Shown piece by piece: positions 40,193 through 53,969 of a DNA stretch of 64,000 nucleotides. This stretch comes from Octopus vulgaris. Lineage: Eukaryota. How positions within the stretch are numbered: position 1 is the stretch's first letter; the number at the start of each line of letters is the position of its first letter. The stretch is taken from contig OX597816.1 in NCBI GenBank assembly GCA_951406725.2, forward strand, positions 11,780,001-11,844,000, given 5' to 3'. The position numbers and the translations under genes are program-made. Below the pieces are notes generated by a model. That model searched no databases. It was not told where the DNA came from and worked only from the letters and a program-made list of their open reading frames with translations.

Positions 40193-40196
40193 GATG

Positions 40197-40553
40197 TGTG
40201 GAGGCGCAATAGCCCAGTGGTTAAGGCAGCGGACTCGCGGTCGGAGGATCGCGGTTTCGATTCCCAGACCGGGCATTGTGAGTGTTTATTGAGCGAAAAC
40301 ACCTAAAGCTCCACGAGTCTCCGGCAGGGATGGTGGTGAACCCTGCTGTACTCTTTCACCACAACTTTCTCTCGCTCTTTCTTCCTGTTTCTCTTTTCAC
40401 ATTCTGTGTGTCACGCTGAATCTCCCTGAGAACTATGTTAAGGGTACACGTGTCTGTGGAGTGCTCAGCCGCTTGCACGTTAATATCACGAGCAAGCTGT
40501 TCCGTTGATCGTATCAGCTGGGACCCTCATCGTCGCAACCGACGGAGTGCTCC
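40197..40553 (+). mobile_element. tRNA-derived SINE family T
   Basis: A box tagcccagtggttaag, B box ggtttcgattccc. Copies at 55594-55978 and 58785-59184. Confidence 0.85.
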
Positions 40554-40731
40554 TACATCCTACATGTATGGATGATCATATATACACACACACACACGTG
40601 CAGATAAACCAAATAATAAGATACAGAAATCCTTTAATACATCTTTAATTGATCGTTACAGTTGTTTCTGTACCAACTCTGCTTGCAATGCCAGTTTACA
40701 CAAAAATATAGATAGACAGAATCATACATAC

Positions 40732-41185
40732 CAGTGGCGACTTCGGGGCTGTTCAGGCTTAGCCTGAGTATAAATTTAATAAAGTGAACGTGTATTTGCA
40801 AACTGATTTAATTTCTGCCAACACTTGACTTCAAGTATGTAATTGCAGCCAATAACTCGGGCTCCTTTTATAGATCCTGGTTGCAGTTCATTTATTTTCG
40901 TTCGGTGTCAGACGGTCGTCTTAAAGGTGCCTTGTATCAAAAAATATCATTCATAGCAGACGTTCTTTTGACCTCATTCACATATGCCTGACTTGGGCTC
41001 AGAAGTTACAGCTCGAATTGTTGTCTGTAATCGTAAAAATTAAAAGTAATTCAAATTCAATGTTTTCTTGAAACTATAAATTTGTATGAAGATTAGGACT
41101 GGACATGTAATGGAAAAAAAAAATTATCCAGCAACTCGGGCTAATACCAACAAGTCTGGTAGGTGTAAAAGACTAATTGGCATCT
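40732..41185 (+). mobile_element. Non-autonomous DNA element (hAT-like CAGTGGCG terminus)
   Basis: Matches 2500-3388 on the opposite strand. Confidence 0.55.
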
Positions 41186-41849
41186 CTTTTCAAGAGTAGA
41201 GGCGACAGCCTGACTGTTGATGTCTGTTGTGCACTCTGCTGTCATTATTTGATTGCTGTTATTCTGTGCATCTGTGAGTAAAGATCAGTTGTGTTTTGTA
41301 GGGTTGCTCTATTTTTGCCCCTAACTTAGAAATGGAGAAAGACATAGTTCTAGATATAAAAAGTAAGTCATTTGAGGCTAGAAATAAAGTGGTAAACATG
41401 AAATTCTTCGAGTGTCTTATGCAAAATCTGTGATGAGCCCAAGTGATACTGGTGACCTGGAGTCACCTCGGATACATACATACATAATTTTCAGATAGAG
41501 AAACTGACTGGTTGATTTGTGCATTACATGTCCTATCTGTGAGTGGAACAGTAAAAATATGCAAGACTTTACTCAAGTTCCAAATGTGAATTTGTCTACG
41601 TTAACTACATCCCAAAGATGGAGCCTTGTATCTTTATTGGTAACTGGTTCTCTCCTCAGTAGAAGATTTATAATAATTAAAATATTAGAGACATACATAC
41701 ATATGACCAGTTCCTTTCAATTTCCACTTACCAAAGGAGAAAACACTCGCCCAAATTGCTACAAAGTGGGACTGAATATGAAACCCCATGGTTAGAAAGC
41801 ATACTTCTTGATCTCAGTCATGCCGGGTCTTATATATTAAATATATATA

Positions 41850-42050
41850 TACTCGGTAATGACACCCCGGTTTCGTGTCACTTCAGCTTGAGTCGTCTTT
41901 CCCTTCAACATTTGTTTCTGTTCAAACTGGTCTTGCACAGAGGCTGCTCCCACCAGTACTCCTGTCTTTATCTGGAACAAGAATTAATCCTTTTTCTCCT
42001 CAGACTTCAGTTCCCAATGGTCTAAACTCCCAATCCCATTTTCATTTACT
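41850..42050 (+). pseudogene. GIY-YIG C-terminal relic of a second Penelope-like family
   Basis: DTPVSCHFSLSRLSLQHL...HRGCS...LEQELI, then with a frameshift TSVPNGLNS, the PLE 'PV..HF...E..LI..L.T..P.GLN' motif. A C/A-rich 3' region follows. Confidence 0.65.
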
Positions 42051-42778
42051 CCTCTCCCCTTCATACATGCTTATACATACCACCCACTTCTTACATTCTC
42101 ACAGTCCCCTTAACAACCCTTTCCCCACATCTACTCCATACCATTTAACAAAATAACCAACACCATGAACACCAACACAGTTAAACAGTATATTCATACA
42201 CCTACACACACGCAAACCTATTTTTTCCTTCACACACATTATTGACCATTTTTTAGTTACATTCCCACATGTTACTCATATATGCATTCATATAGTAACA
42301 AGTATAGACTAGTACGCCTATATTTGCCAACACCTACTACTTATGTAGCCTCTACTTGACGTAAGATGTCTAACCAGTATGATACACAAAACAGCCTCAT
42401 ACTCACGCACACGCAAAACCAGAAAGCAAACACATTGAGACACACACATATATAAAGCATACACAAACACATACATTAATTTTTAATATAAGGTAAAATA
42501 CATTTCTAGAATCAGAAACTGCTTCAAATTTTAAAAGGAATTGGAGTCTGCATAGAAACAGTTGAAGAAAAATGTTTGTTGTATATCTTTTCTTAGTCAA
42601 AACTAAATTTTAGTCCAAATCCTGCCAGTGTTAGCTTTACTTGTCACTATTCAAATATTAAGAAAATAATAAATACCAGTGATGTCATGCGGGTCATTTG
42701 AATAAAATATAACCAGACGCAAAGCATTTGAAAATGTACAAATATCTTTATATACACTGAAAGGAAAATCAGTGATTA

Positions 42779-43212
42779 CAGGTCATCGTTGACTTACGAT
42801 CACAATTGGTTCCGACTGACTGGTCGTAAGTCGGCCTATAGACTTACATAGCTTTGCATTGTATATTTTTACATTCTTAAGGTGCATTATCAGGTAAAAG
42901 TCACACACAGCATTTTGTATTATACTACAACAGTGTTATTTGTTCGGAGTCTCAAGCAGTTGTCTAAGAAACAACTACGAAACTGCTTTGACATCTCCGT
43001 GAAAGAATATTCATCTGACACTAGGGATAACCATGGTGGCGATTGAAAAGCAAACCTAGGGTAAACGTTTGTTTGCTGATATCATTCGTAGATGGGATAA
43101 TTTCTAACAAATTAAACCCATTAGATTTCAGTTGAACTAATATATTATTGCAGCCGAGAGCTGGTGCACCAATTGTTGTAAAGTCGATTGGTTGTAAGTC
43201 AACAATGACTTG
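42779..43212. mobile_element. Tigger/pogo-type MITE
   Basis: TA|CAGGTCATCGTTGACTTAC ... GTAAGTCAACAATGACTTG|TA. Confidence 0.75.
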
Positions 43213-43605
43213 TATTTGTAATTAATTTAAGTTATAAATATTTCTAATTATCATTAGGTGGAATAAATTTCGACGATGCGTTACCCGATCCAGGAACTAT
43301 AGGAGGTGTTCAAAGTTGTTGCAAGTCCTTCTTCTGGAACCATTGCAGGTATCTCAGGGTCACAAATACATGCACACATAAGGCCAGCCCTAAGGTTGGT
43401 GGCACTCCGGGTAAGCTGACCTTTGACGTGTACAAGCTGATGGTCATGGGAATTTCCTTGCGTTTGTCACGCCCTCTTTGGTGCTCCCTAGCACATGGCA
43501 CTCTGGATGACTGCCCGAATTACTGGTAACTTGAGCTAGCCCTGCATACACAGATGCACACACACACACACACTCATATACAGACACATGCTCACTCACA
43601 TAAGT

Positions 43606-43640
<35 letters not shown>

Positions 43641-43844
43641 ACTATTACATACTTATATGACTTATCTGGTCGAAACTGCGAAGTCCCTGTCAATAATATT
43701 CTTGTTTAAGATTAATAAGCTTGTACTCTACAAAATTATAGAGTTACCCATCAGATTAATGTAAAATTGTTTTTATTATAATTGAACATAAAAACAAACA
43801 TTGACACACACACACACACGTGTATGTGTGTGTGTGTTTTTGTG

Positions 43845-43898
<54 letters not shown>

Positions 43899-44609
43899 TA
43901 CACGTGTGTGTGTGTGTGTGTGTGATTTCCTTTTTTATTCATGAATGTCTTGGCAAAGAATTGGAGACATTAGTCTTTCTGTTATCTACCACATCAGCGA
44001 TAATAATTCATTATTCACTCGGGAGAAAACAAAGATGTAATTCATTGCAGCAAAAAAGAAACAAAAAAAAAATTCAAAAATAAGAAAATCAGACAAAATT
44101 ATAAAAAATAAAAAAAATAATTAAAAAAAAAGAACCCAAAAAAGAAATATTCTTCTTGGTGTCTGTCTGACAGATAAATTAAAGATTGAAGGAATATATT
44201 CTGCTAGTAATCTGCAGTGAGAGAGATAAAACCTATCAGCACATCATTACTTAATATTATCATCTTCCATTGTTGCTTTCTTTGTTTCAATAGCGAAGTG
44301 TGAAAATTCCCTGCTGACTGTTAATCCCCAAGTGAGTTCATTAATATACATTTATAATAATAAGAAGTACCACAGTATTTTAGTATTATATATATATATA
44401 CGAGTGAAACACTACCAAAAAAGATTTGGTATGAGTTTTAGCTTTCTCTGAATGTTTAAGTATTTAATGAATCTTGTATTTTTATGTGTACTAAAAGAAA
44501 GCTGATTCTACGACTCATGAATATGGCCTAGAAAAAAAAAACAAAATCAGTTTTTACCAGACTGGAAAATTCTATGGTGCTGCATTCATCGATGTCTTTT
44601 TATCTTATA

Positions 44610-44970
44610 CTAGCAGTATCGCCCAGCGTTGCTCGGGCTTGTTTTCTTTTTAACCCTTTAGAATTGGAAGTTTTTGAAAAGTAAAAATTTTGCATTATGT
44701 AGCTTGTTATTCTCTTTAAGTGAACATTTTTCTTGTTGAAATACACCGAAAAATGGCGACACAGCAGTCAAAAAATCGTAAAAAATGGGGATTTTTGTAG
44801 AAAAAAAAGCATCTTTTTGATGTAAATAATTTTTGGTGTTAACATGGTCCGATTTAACATACTCTCAATTTTGGTCAGCTTGCGCCGCAGGGTCTCGGAG
44901 GAGATAGTGTTAGTTGAAGGCTACCAAAAACTGCCATATACACACAACTTCAGCTTTATATAGAGAGAGA
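44610..44970 (-). mobile_element. Non-autonomous Helitron
   Basis: Same 3' hairpin and CTAG as 14395 (ctagcagtatcgcccagcgttgctcggg on +) and a similar TC 5' end. Confidence 0.8.
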
Positions 44971-45080
44971 TTGGTTTTAATCATCATACTGCAAGCACAC
45001 CGAGGGACACAGCTTTGAAGGATTTTAGTTGAACAAATTGACCCTAGTACCTATGTTATGTTTATGAGTATGTGTTTTTG

Positions 45081-45370
45081 AGGGCACATGGCCTAGTGGT
45101 TTGGGTGTCGGACTCATGATCGCGAGGTTGTGATTTCATGTTCTAGACCGGTTGGTGTGTTTGTGTTCTTGAGCAAAACACTTAATTTCACATTACTGTG
45201 TGATCACTTTGACACCTGATGCGTGGCACACCATACACCTGTTCAGGCAACGTCGATTTGTTGGAGAGAGAGAGTGTGACCTAATGTGGGGCATGAACAT
45301 TTGATCACTATAAACAAATCATTTGTGCAGGTCGTTCCACAAAAGCTGAATGCTCATTCGTCGTCTTCAA
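45081..45370 (+). mobile_element. Old tRNA-derived SINE
   Basis: tggcctagtggtttgggtgtcggactcatgatcgcgaggttg... followed by ttcttgagcaaaacacttaa. Confidence 0.55.
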
Positions 45371-46204
45371 CAGGAGAGTCCATCACACACACACACACAC
45401 ATATTTCCTTATTGCCCACAAGGGGCTAAACATAGAGGAGACAAACAAGGACAGCCAAAGGGATTATTTAATGCAGTCAAAAACGATTATGTCATAATAT
45501 ACAATCCACCATCATCAGATAAAATTTTAAACATGCAAGATTTTAAAGATCGACCAGGATCTAGCCAACATGTTTGCATATATATATTATGATGTAATTT
45601 TTTATGACTGCATTAAATAATATTCTACCAAAACAGCTTTTATATATTTTAAACGCCATTTGTGTTTAGTTTATATATGTACACGAAGAGCATTTTCCAG
45701 TCTTCATCTACCATTTACATTCACAAAGTATTGTTTTGTGTAGTATATGTTATGTGTAGTTTCAGTCTGGTGGGATAGACAACTCTATACGAAGCATAGT
45801 TATTCTTTTACGTGTTATTTACTTTTCCATGTTACACGAACTGCGCTACTTTCAGCGCAGCGACACTTATATATCGTTATACACAGCGTAGTAATACGGT
45901 TTACTACAAATAGTGCCAAAAGTGGGGATGTATTCTACACACGTATACACATAGATATGAATGTGTAATATACGGCTATAACAAAAGAAACCAGTCAATG
46001 AATTCTACAGAGTGGAAGTGAACCCCTGACCATGTGCTTCGTAAGTGAATTTCTTATCCCCACAACCATGCCTATGTCTAAGACTGCTTTGATGAAGTGA
46101 AACTAGATTAAAATATTAAAAGAAATTCTGTTTTGCACAAAGTGTTTCAATCATAACAAAAGGGTGAGAAAAGGAATTTTATAATATTAATCAAAATAAC
46201 GAGG

Positions 46205-46620
46205 ATTGTGGTAGTAGTAGTGGTGGTGGTGGCGGCCCTTGCAGTTGTTATTTATGGCTGTGGTAATGGTAGTTGTCGTGGTGGTGGTTTCGTAGCGGTG
46301 GATGCAACACCAACAGTAGTTGTGGTGGAGGTGCTAGTAGGGTGACTGGTTGTTGTTATGTGGTGGTGGTGGTGGTGGTGGTGGCAGCGGTTCTAGTAAT
46401 AATATTTGTTGTTGTCATGATGCTGGTGGTGGTGGTTGTTCCTGTTTTTGTTGTTGTTCTGGTGGTAGTGGTGGTTGTGGTGGTGGTGGTTGTGGTGGTG
46501 GTGGTTGTTCCTGTTTTTGTTGTTGTTCTGGTGGTAGTGGTGGTGGTGGTGGCAGTGGTTGTAGCAACAATATTTGTTGTTGTTCTGGTGGTGGTGTTGG
46601 TGGTGGTGTTTGTGGTAGCG
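46205..46620. repeat. (GGT/GTT)n low-complexity tract with an internal 69-bp duplication
   Basis: ggttgttcctgtttttgttgttgttctggtggtagtgg occurs at about 46434 and 46503. Confidence 0.85.
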
Positions 46621-47017
46621 GAGAAATAAATAACAAGAGTTGTTTAATGTTTGTAATTAACTTCCTTTTCACTGTATTGGAATAACCAATGGCGAAAAGA
46701 AAAAAGGGCTTCTTGGAGTAAGTTCAATGGCAGAACCATTCCTGTTTAAGATAGAAACAAGATCCTGCGAGAATAGCTTTTATATTTGAATAATCAGAGC
46801 TGCTTAGAGATCAACAACAGATCAATCAGAAGTGAAGAACTTACATGATGAAGTTAGCATTAATAATGTCAATTTTCTTCATTATAAGAGTAAAAGGCTT
46901 AAGGAGATTGTCTTAGTACAGAAGGTAACTAAATGATAAAGGAAAAGAAAAAAGGTAATAAGAATAAAAGAATAAAAGAATATGAAAAATAAGATAAATT
47001 ACAATAGAGATTTGAAA

Positions 47018-47047
47018 TGGTGAGGAGGAGAGAGATGGGGAGAGAGA

Positions 47048-47090
<43 letters not shown>

Positions 47091-47545
47091 GGGAGGAGGA
47101 GAGAGACGGGGAGAGACACAGAGAGAGAAATAGTGAGGAAGAGAGAGACAGAGAGAGAGAAATGGTGAAGAGGAGAGAGATGGGGAGAGACAGAGAGAGA
47201 GAAATAGTGAGGAGGAGAGAGACAGAGAGAGATGGGGAGGAGAGAGATAGGGAGAGACAGAGAGAGAGAAATAGTGAAGAGGGGAGAGATAGGGAGAGAC
47301 AGAGAGAGAGAAATAGGGAAGAAGAGAGAGATGGGGAGAGAGAAATAGTGAAGAGGAGAGAGATGGGGAGAGAGAAATAGCGGGGAGGAGAGAGATAGGG
47401 AGAGACAGAGAGAGAGAAATAGTGAAGAGGAGAGAGATAGGGAGAGACAGAGAGAGAGAAATAGTGCGGAGGGGAGAGATGGGGAGAGAGAGAGAGAGAG
47501 AAATAGTGAGGAGAAGAGAGATGGGGAGAGAGAGAAATGGAGAGA
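47018..47545. repeat. Purine-rich (GA) minisatellite
   Basis: Repeats of gagagaaatagtgaggaggagagagatgggga. Confidence 0.9.
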
Positions 47546-47790
47546 ATCGGTAGGTTTACCTAATCTTAAATCTCATAATAGATTTGAGGTTTGCAAAGAA
47601 AAGAGACAGAGGAATTTCGGTTATGGTGGTTGAGAATGGGGTAGGTGGGGGGTAAGTATTTGAGGAAGGAATTATATCAATAAATTCTTTGGAAATGGTT
47701 TAGACTATTACATCTAGTGGTAATACTTTGCTCTGCAGGAAATGAAGAAGCTTGAAGATACCATCATCAAACAATTTTGTCTCCTTTCTA

Positions 47791-47923
<133 letters not shown>

Positions 47924-47983
47924 CCTATCTATCTATCTACCTATCTATCTATCTATCAATCTATATATCTATCTATCAATCTC

Positions 47984-48045
<62 letters not shown>

Positions 48046-48132
48046 TTATCTTTCTACCAATTTAACTATATATCTATCTTCCTGTCTGTCTGACTGGCTG
48101 TCTATGGTTCTGTCTTTCTGTCTATCTATCCT

Positions 48133-48235
<103 letters not shown>

Positions 48236-48360
48236 ATCTATCTATCTTTCTATTAATGCCTATGTTTGCCTATCTGTCTATTTATCTCTATCTTTAATAA
48301 AAACATATAGAACCACATTTTGTTACTGTGTAAGTTTGAAATAATAATAATGATAATAGC

Positions 48361-49340
48361 ATATAAAAAATGACGTGGAGCCATGGTTGAAACACATGAA
48401 GAAGGCAGGCCTTATCAAAACTGAAAATTGTGTAACTAAAGAAAAATTTAAACAAGAAACTAAAAAAAAAAAACCTTGGAAGAAAGAGAAAATGTACGGT
48501 CAGTTTGCAAGAGATGTGAATGCCAAAACAGATACAGAGGACCGGTGGCTATGGATGAGGAGGAGTGACCTGAAGATAGAGACAGAAGCACTCATATGCG
48601 CAGCTCAGGAACAAGCATTAAGGACCAACTATATGAAGTCCAGAACAGACAACACTACTGACAGTGACAAATGCAGAATGTGTGGTGAGATGGATGAAAC
48701 GGTATGGCACGTCATTAACAAATGCTTGAAATTGGTACAACACTAATACAAAAGATGCCGTGACAATGTGGCAAGAATAATGTATTGGGAGCTCTGAGGA
48801 AATCATGGCCTTCAAAGAACAAAGGCACGGTATGAGAAAACTCCAGAGGGAGACATTGAAATTGGGAATTGCAAAATCCTGTGGGACGCAATGATCCAGT
48901 GCGATCATCTGACCAGACATCGGAAACCGGACATTGTTGTGGTAAATAAAAAAGAAAGAACATGCATGATAATCGATATAGCATGTCTCGGTGACAACAG
49001 GATCAATGTGAAAGAAGAGGAAAAAATAAACAACTATGACGATTTAAAGTGGGAAATACGAAGGTTGTGGTCAATGAAGAGAGTAGACGTGATACCAATA
49101 TTAATTAATGCGCTTGGAAGTATTAGCACTCAACTACCAACATGGCTCAAAAAGATTGGTGCAAGTGTTAAGATAGAACACCTAAAAAAATCAGCATTGC
49201 TTGGAACTACAAGAATTCTTCACAGGGTACTTGAAGCATGACCATTAAATAGGTGTTATCTTAGTCTGCTGGATGTGGACAGCTGACACTTTCCATGATA
49301 CCCAGCAAAATAAGCTGTGAGTTTTCATACTATAATAATA
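48361..49340 (+). mobile_element. 5'-truncated R4/Dong-type LINE: RT C-terminus, CCHC knuckle and restriction-like endonuclease, two in-frame stops
   Basis: ICAAQEQALRTNY, CRMCGEMDETVWHVINKC, YKRCRDNVAR, KPDIVVVNKKERTCMIIDIAC, EKINNYDDL, KSALLGTTRILHRVL. Flanked by (AAT)n on both sides. Confidence 0.88.
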
Positions 49341-49361
49341 ATGATGACGACGATGATATAC

Positions 49362-49836
49362 AGTACCGGACATGGCTTCTGATCTTAACTGATTGGAAGT
49401 GTTATCATTTACATTGTTTTGTCTTGATATAAAAGATGGGCTACAGCTAATATTCTGCACATTACTACAAATTTACTTGTCATTTGTTTGACCTTAACCA
49501 GCTGAGCTTGTCCCTTAGTGGCTGATGATATGTGCATCTCTGATCACAAGCAGAAGTAACGGCTGCGAGGAATTCTTAGAGGTTTGGATAATTCACCTTT
49601 GGAAACATGGGTGTGTCGTTTAAACATCCTTAAACAGCCCTTATTCAGGGGCCTTTTGAGTGTGGTGGGCTACACAACCTGAAGAAAATTCTAATTGGGT
49701 GTCATGCACATATGGTTGTGGTACATGTACCTGGTGTACCCTTATCTGACGGGTTGTCATGATTGGTATACTGGGCTTCGTATTTTTTACCCCAGTGTCA
49801 TTTTGATGGCATGCACTGCTCTTTCCCTCAATAATA
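49362..49836 (+). mobile_element. Non-coding retroposon ending in (AAT)n (family D)
   Basis: Aligns with 52224-52700 (ataaaagatgggctacagc...ctctcactcaataata). Confidence 0.75.
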
Positions 49837-50397
49837 TACATCTATACACGCATATATAGGTATACATTCATTCTCACATCACAAATAATCCTTTTTACTA
49901 TAAACACAAGTCCTGAAAATTATGGGAAGGGGACTTGTTGATTACATCAACTCCAGTGTTTAGCTAGTGCTTGATTTATAGATCCTGTGAGGATGAAAGG
50001 TTAAGTCGACCTCGGTGGAATTTGAACTCAGAAAGTAAGGAGAAGATGAAATGCCTCGAAGCATTTTTCCCAGTGTTCTAACGATTCTGCCAGCTCTCCA
50101 ATGATAATAAGGGTACCAAACTACCAACAGAAAATCTATTTTAATGATAGTATGCTTAATATACATATTTACTCTAGTATGGCTATTGGGCTTATATGAA
50201 CACGTATTGTTATAGTGGCAGGCTTTTAATCCTTTGTCCAGTTTAATATGACCACTTGGTCCCTGCATTCAGCGTCCACTCTACTCTAATGCAAATAATC
50301 AGGCCATGTGCCTTCCCTGTGGATCACTTCTGTTATTCTTCCCATGAGTTTCAGAAGCTCTTAGAAGGTTATTTTTTTTCTTTACATTCTCTTTTGA

Positions 50398-50887
50398 CAG
50401 AATTCAGCTTTATGCATGCCATATAATGCCTCATAACTTTTTTTCATTTTGGGGAATTTTCAGAAAATTTTTGCAAATTTGTATTTTACACACAGGAATT
50501 CATACAATTATGCAAAAACCACGATTAAAAAATTCTGCTGCGTAATTTAAGGGCTATTTAACTGTTATTTTTAGCACATCTCATGACCACCTCATGTCCT
50601 CCTCATTTGGTTGTCAGTTTGACATTTTGATGTTTTTAATATCTTTCTCCCAATAAACACATTTAATGGTCTGTTGCTGGAATTTAAGCCAAAAATTCGG
50701 ACTGTACATTCTTTTTTTTTAAACTGTGATTATAAAAATAATTTCAAAATATTAAAAATTTATTTTTTTTATTACAGTCTTGTGAATTCCTGTGTATAGA
50801 ATACAAATTTGTAAAAATTTTCTGGAAATTCCCAAAATATAAAGAAAATTTACGAGGGGTTATATGCCATGCGTAAAGCAGAATTCC
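50398..50887. mobile_element. MITE-like element with imperfect TIRs of about 110 bp
   Basis: gaattcagctttatgcatgccatataa...caggaattca / tgaattcctg...ttatatgccatgcgtaaagcagaattc. Confidence 0.65.
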
Positions 50888-50999
50888 ACCCCACTTTTTA
50901 TCGATTCCTTTATTTGGCTGTGACCATATTGAGGCATTACAACCTTCAAGAGTTGTTTGTTAAATTTTGCACTTACTCCAATATTTTGTCTGGTAACTA

Positions 51000-51228
51000 C
51001 TGTAAATACTTGAGTATAGTCCGCCCTTGAGTATAATATGCAGGGGAAAGGTATTTTCACACCCAACATCACAAAATGTGTCTGAATAAACATTGCTGGA
51101 CAGCAAATAGATACTCGGACATTGCTTAGGAAATATTTTTCATTTTTAACCTTGTATATATTATGCACTAGGGATTTTGACATTTAAATTTTAGGGAAAA
51201 AATGCGGTTTATACTCGAGGATTTATAG
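51000..51228. mobile_element. Tc1/pogo-superfamily MITE
   Basis: TA|CTGTAAATACTTGAGTATA ... TATACTCGAGGATTTATAG|TA. Confidence 0.6.
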
Positions 51229-52143
51229 TAATTCATTGTTCTTGTAAGATTCAAAAATACACAACAGGTATTGGAGTGAAGGGAGATAACTCAGTTAGAC
51301 ATGAAGAATGAAAGGCATTCCTGGTCAAATGCACCGTTTTCTTCTTTGATGCTCATATATGTTATTGATAGACTTTATTGCAGCTTCTGTTTACCAAATT
51401 TCTTTCATGAAGCTTATTGGACCCTAAAATACTTGGTCACAAAACAAACAGCTTAACAACATAGTCTACTCTTTGTCCTTGGTTAATCCTCAAAAGGTGG
51501 GACATGCCCCATTTTTAGTACAACACAGACATCAACGTTACCTTGCTAGTAATTTCCTTGATAAGCTTAGGCATGGCTGTGTGGTAAGAAGTTTGCTTAC
51601 CAACGACGTGGTTCCAGGTTCAGTCACACTGCATGGCACTTTGAGCAAATTTCTTCCACTATAGCCTCCAACCAACAAACACTATATGAGTGATTTTGGT
51701 GGTAGACAGAAACTGAAAGAGGCACACTGTATATGTGTGTGTGTGTCTGTGTGTCTATGTCCATGTTTGGCCTCCACCACTGGTTGACTACTGGTATTGG
51801 TGTGTTGATGTCTCCTAATTACTGGGGTCGAATCGTCCGACTTAAAATTCTTTAGGGCATTGCTCCAGCATGATCACAGTCTAATGACTGAAACAAGTAA
51901 AAGATAAAAGATATCGATATCATACAACAGCGAATGAATATATTTTGCTTTATATGATAAATTTCGTATCTACTGGTACAATGAGTGAACCTGCCTGGCC
52001 ATTAAACACGTTTTCTTTCCAATAATTTCTGGATTGTTTCGGACATAGTCCAAGAAAAGAGATTACACATATGGGCATATGGTGTAGTGGTTAAGAGCAT
52101 GGGCTACTAACCCCAAGATTCCGAGTTCGACTTCAGGCAGTGA

Positions 52144-52223
<80 letters not shown>

Positions 52224-52726
52224 TAAAAGATGGGCTACAGCAAATATTCTGCTCAATACCACAGATTTGCTTGTCAGTTGCTTGACCTTAACCAGTTGAG
52301 CATGTCCCTTAGTGGCTGACGATATGTGCATCTCTGATCACGAGCAGAAGTAGTGGGGGAGCATCATAGCCATGTGTTGAGAGGAATTCTTTGGGGTTTG
52401 AATAATTCACCTCTGGAAACATGGGTGTTTCGTTCAACATCCTTAAGCAACTCTTATTCAGGGACCTTTTGAGCGGGATGGGCTACTCAACCTGAAGAAA
52501 ATTCTAACTGGGCCCCACCTGCAAGGTCATGTGCTGTTTATCTTGATATGAGATCACCATGTCGCGCACATATGGTTGTGATGCATGTGCCTGGTGTACC
52601 CTTATCAGACGGGTAGTCATGATGGGTATATTGGGCTTCGTATATTTTACCCCAGTGTCACTTTGATGGCATGAACTGCTCTCTCACTCAATAATAATAA
52701 TAATAATGATAATGATAATAATAATA

Positions 52727-52975
52727 CCATCCCTACAGGAAGTGCAAAAAATTGTGCTAACTGGAACGACACATGTACTGAGAAGAGTATTATCGCTGTG
52801 AAAACAACATCCATTCATGAATTTATTTATTTATTAATTTTTTAAATACATATTGTACCTGTGAATTTGTGTGTGTAATCGGGGAATGCATACAATGAGC
52901 ATCTCTGCCCTAGGTGTATGGAAAACACTCGGCGAGAAATGGAAGAAAATTTGAAGAAAAAATACAATAATAATA
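52727..52975 (+). mobile_element. Short 3' end of an R4/Dong-type LINE
   Basis: PSLQEVQKIVLTGTTHVLRRVLSL*, then a 3' UTR and (AAT)n. Confidence 0.75.
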
Positions 52976-53028
52976 ATAACATCGAAAATTACCTTAGGAA
53001 TGTGAACCCAGGTTCGAAATTTCCCCAA

Positions 53029-53074
53029 GACACCTGATGAAGGCTAGATGGTATATTAGCTGAAACGTTGTATT
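53029..53074 (+). ncRNA. Minimal type-I hammerhead in SINE-H tail (decayed)
   Basis: gacac CTGATGA a ggcta gatggtatat tagct GAAA CG T T gtatt. Confidence 0.6.
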
Positions 53075-53503
53075 AGCAACAAACAAGATGAGGACAAATA
53101 TCTGTCAAACGTAAATAATGTAAATAAGCGATTACACTTTGGCACATTGATCTACACAAAATTATTGGAAATGACAGTGACTGTGGTGTAACATATTACC
53201 TGATTCAACTTTCTTCATTATCAAGAAAGAATAAAATTGAAGACATGTCAGTTTGCTGTTGTCTCTTCGGTTTTGTATATTGAGTTGCCATTTATCTAAG
53301 ACACCAGAAAAGAAAACACAAAACAAAACATGAATACATCATGGGGGTAATAAGCTTCATAAGAATTGCTAAATATTTGATGATTTTCATGATTGTTCTC
53401 AGCTTGAAACTTGCTTAACAATATTCTTCTAGCTTGATGCATTTCTTCGTCATTGCAACACATCAATACAGTCATCTCATTGTATGTAGACAAATTTATA
53501 CCT

Positions 53504-53736
53504 ATTTCTTTACTACCCACAAGGGGCTAAACACAGAGAGGAGAAACAAGGACAGACAAACGGATTAAGTCGATTTTATTGACCCCAGTGCGTAACTGGT
53601 ACTTAATTAATTGACCCCGAAAGGCTGAGAGGCAAAGTTGACCTCGGTGGAATTTGAACTCAGAACGTAGAGGCAGATGAAATACGGCTACGCATTTCGC
53701 CCGGCGTGCTAACGATTCTGCCAGCTCGCCGCCTTA
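53504..53736 (-). mobile_element. SINE family M with 21-bp TSD
   Basis: tatgtagacaaatttatacct at 53483-53503 and 53737-53757. Confidence 0.85.
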
Positions 53737-53931
53737 TATGTAGACAAATTTATACCTTCTGGCCTTTTTGTCGGCATGTAATCCTACAGAAATATTTTCT
53801 GGTATTATTGTTGCATCGTTCTTGGACAGATAAGAATTATTGCTGAAAGAGGTGTGCAGAGAATAACAGTCTCAAGTATTTCTTGTCCATTATCAGTATC
53901 CATCCTCTACATATGTTAAGAAGCATCATCG

Positions 53932-53969
<38 letters not shown>

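Larger units (their letters stand above)
52072..53128 (+). mobile_element. SINE family H (tRNA head, (AAT)n, hammerhead tail) split by two nested insertions
   Basis: Head 52072-52148, tail 52978-53128. Inserts at 52224-52700 and 52727-52975. Confidence 0.8.

Noticed and set aside
40197-40275. tRNA-gene-like sequences (also at 52072, 54670 and 58785)
   Set aside because: Acceptor and anticodon stems are imperfect, and each continues into a shared SINE body.
46273-46685. Gly/Cys-rich keratin-associated-like, poly-Val and Pro/Gln ORFs
   Set aside because: All arise from one (GGT/GTT)n tract that is open in several frames. There is no ATG start for the plus-strand ORFs and no splice support.
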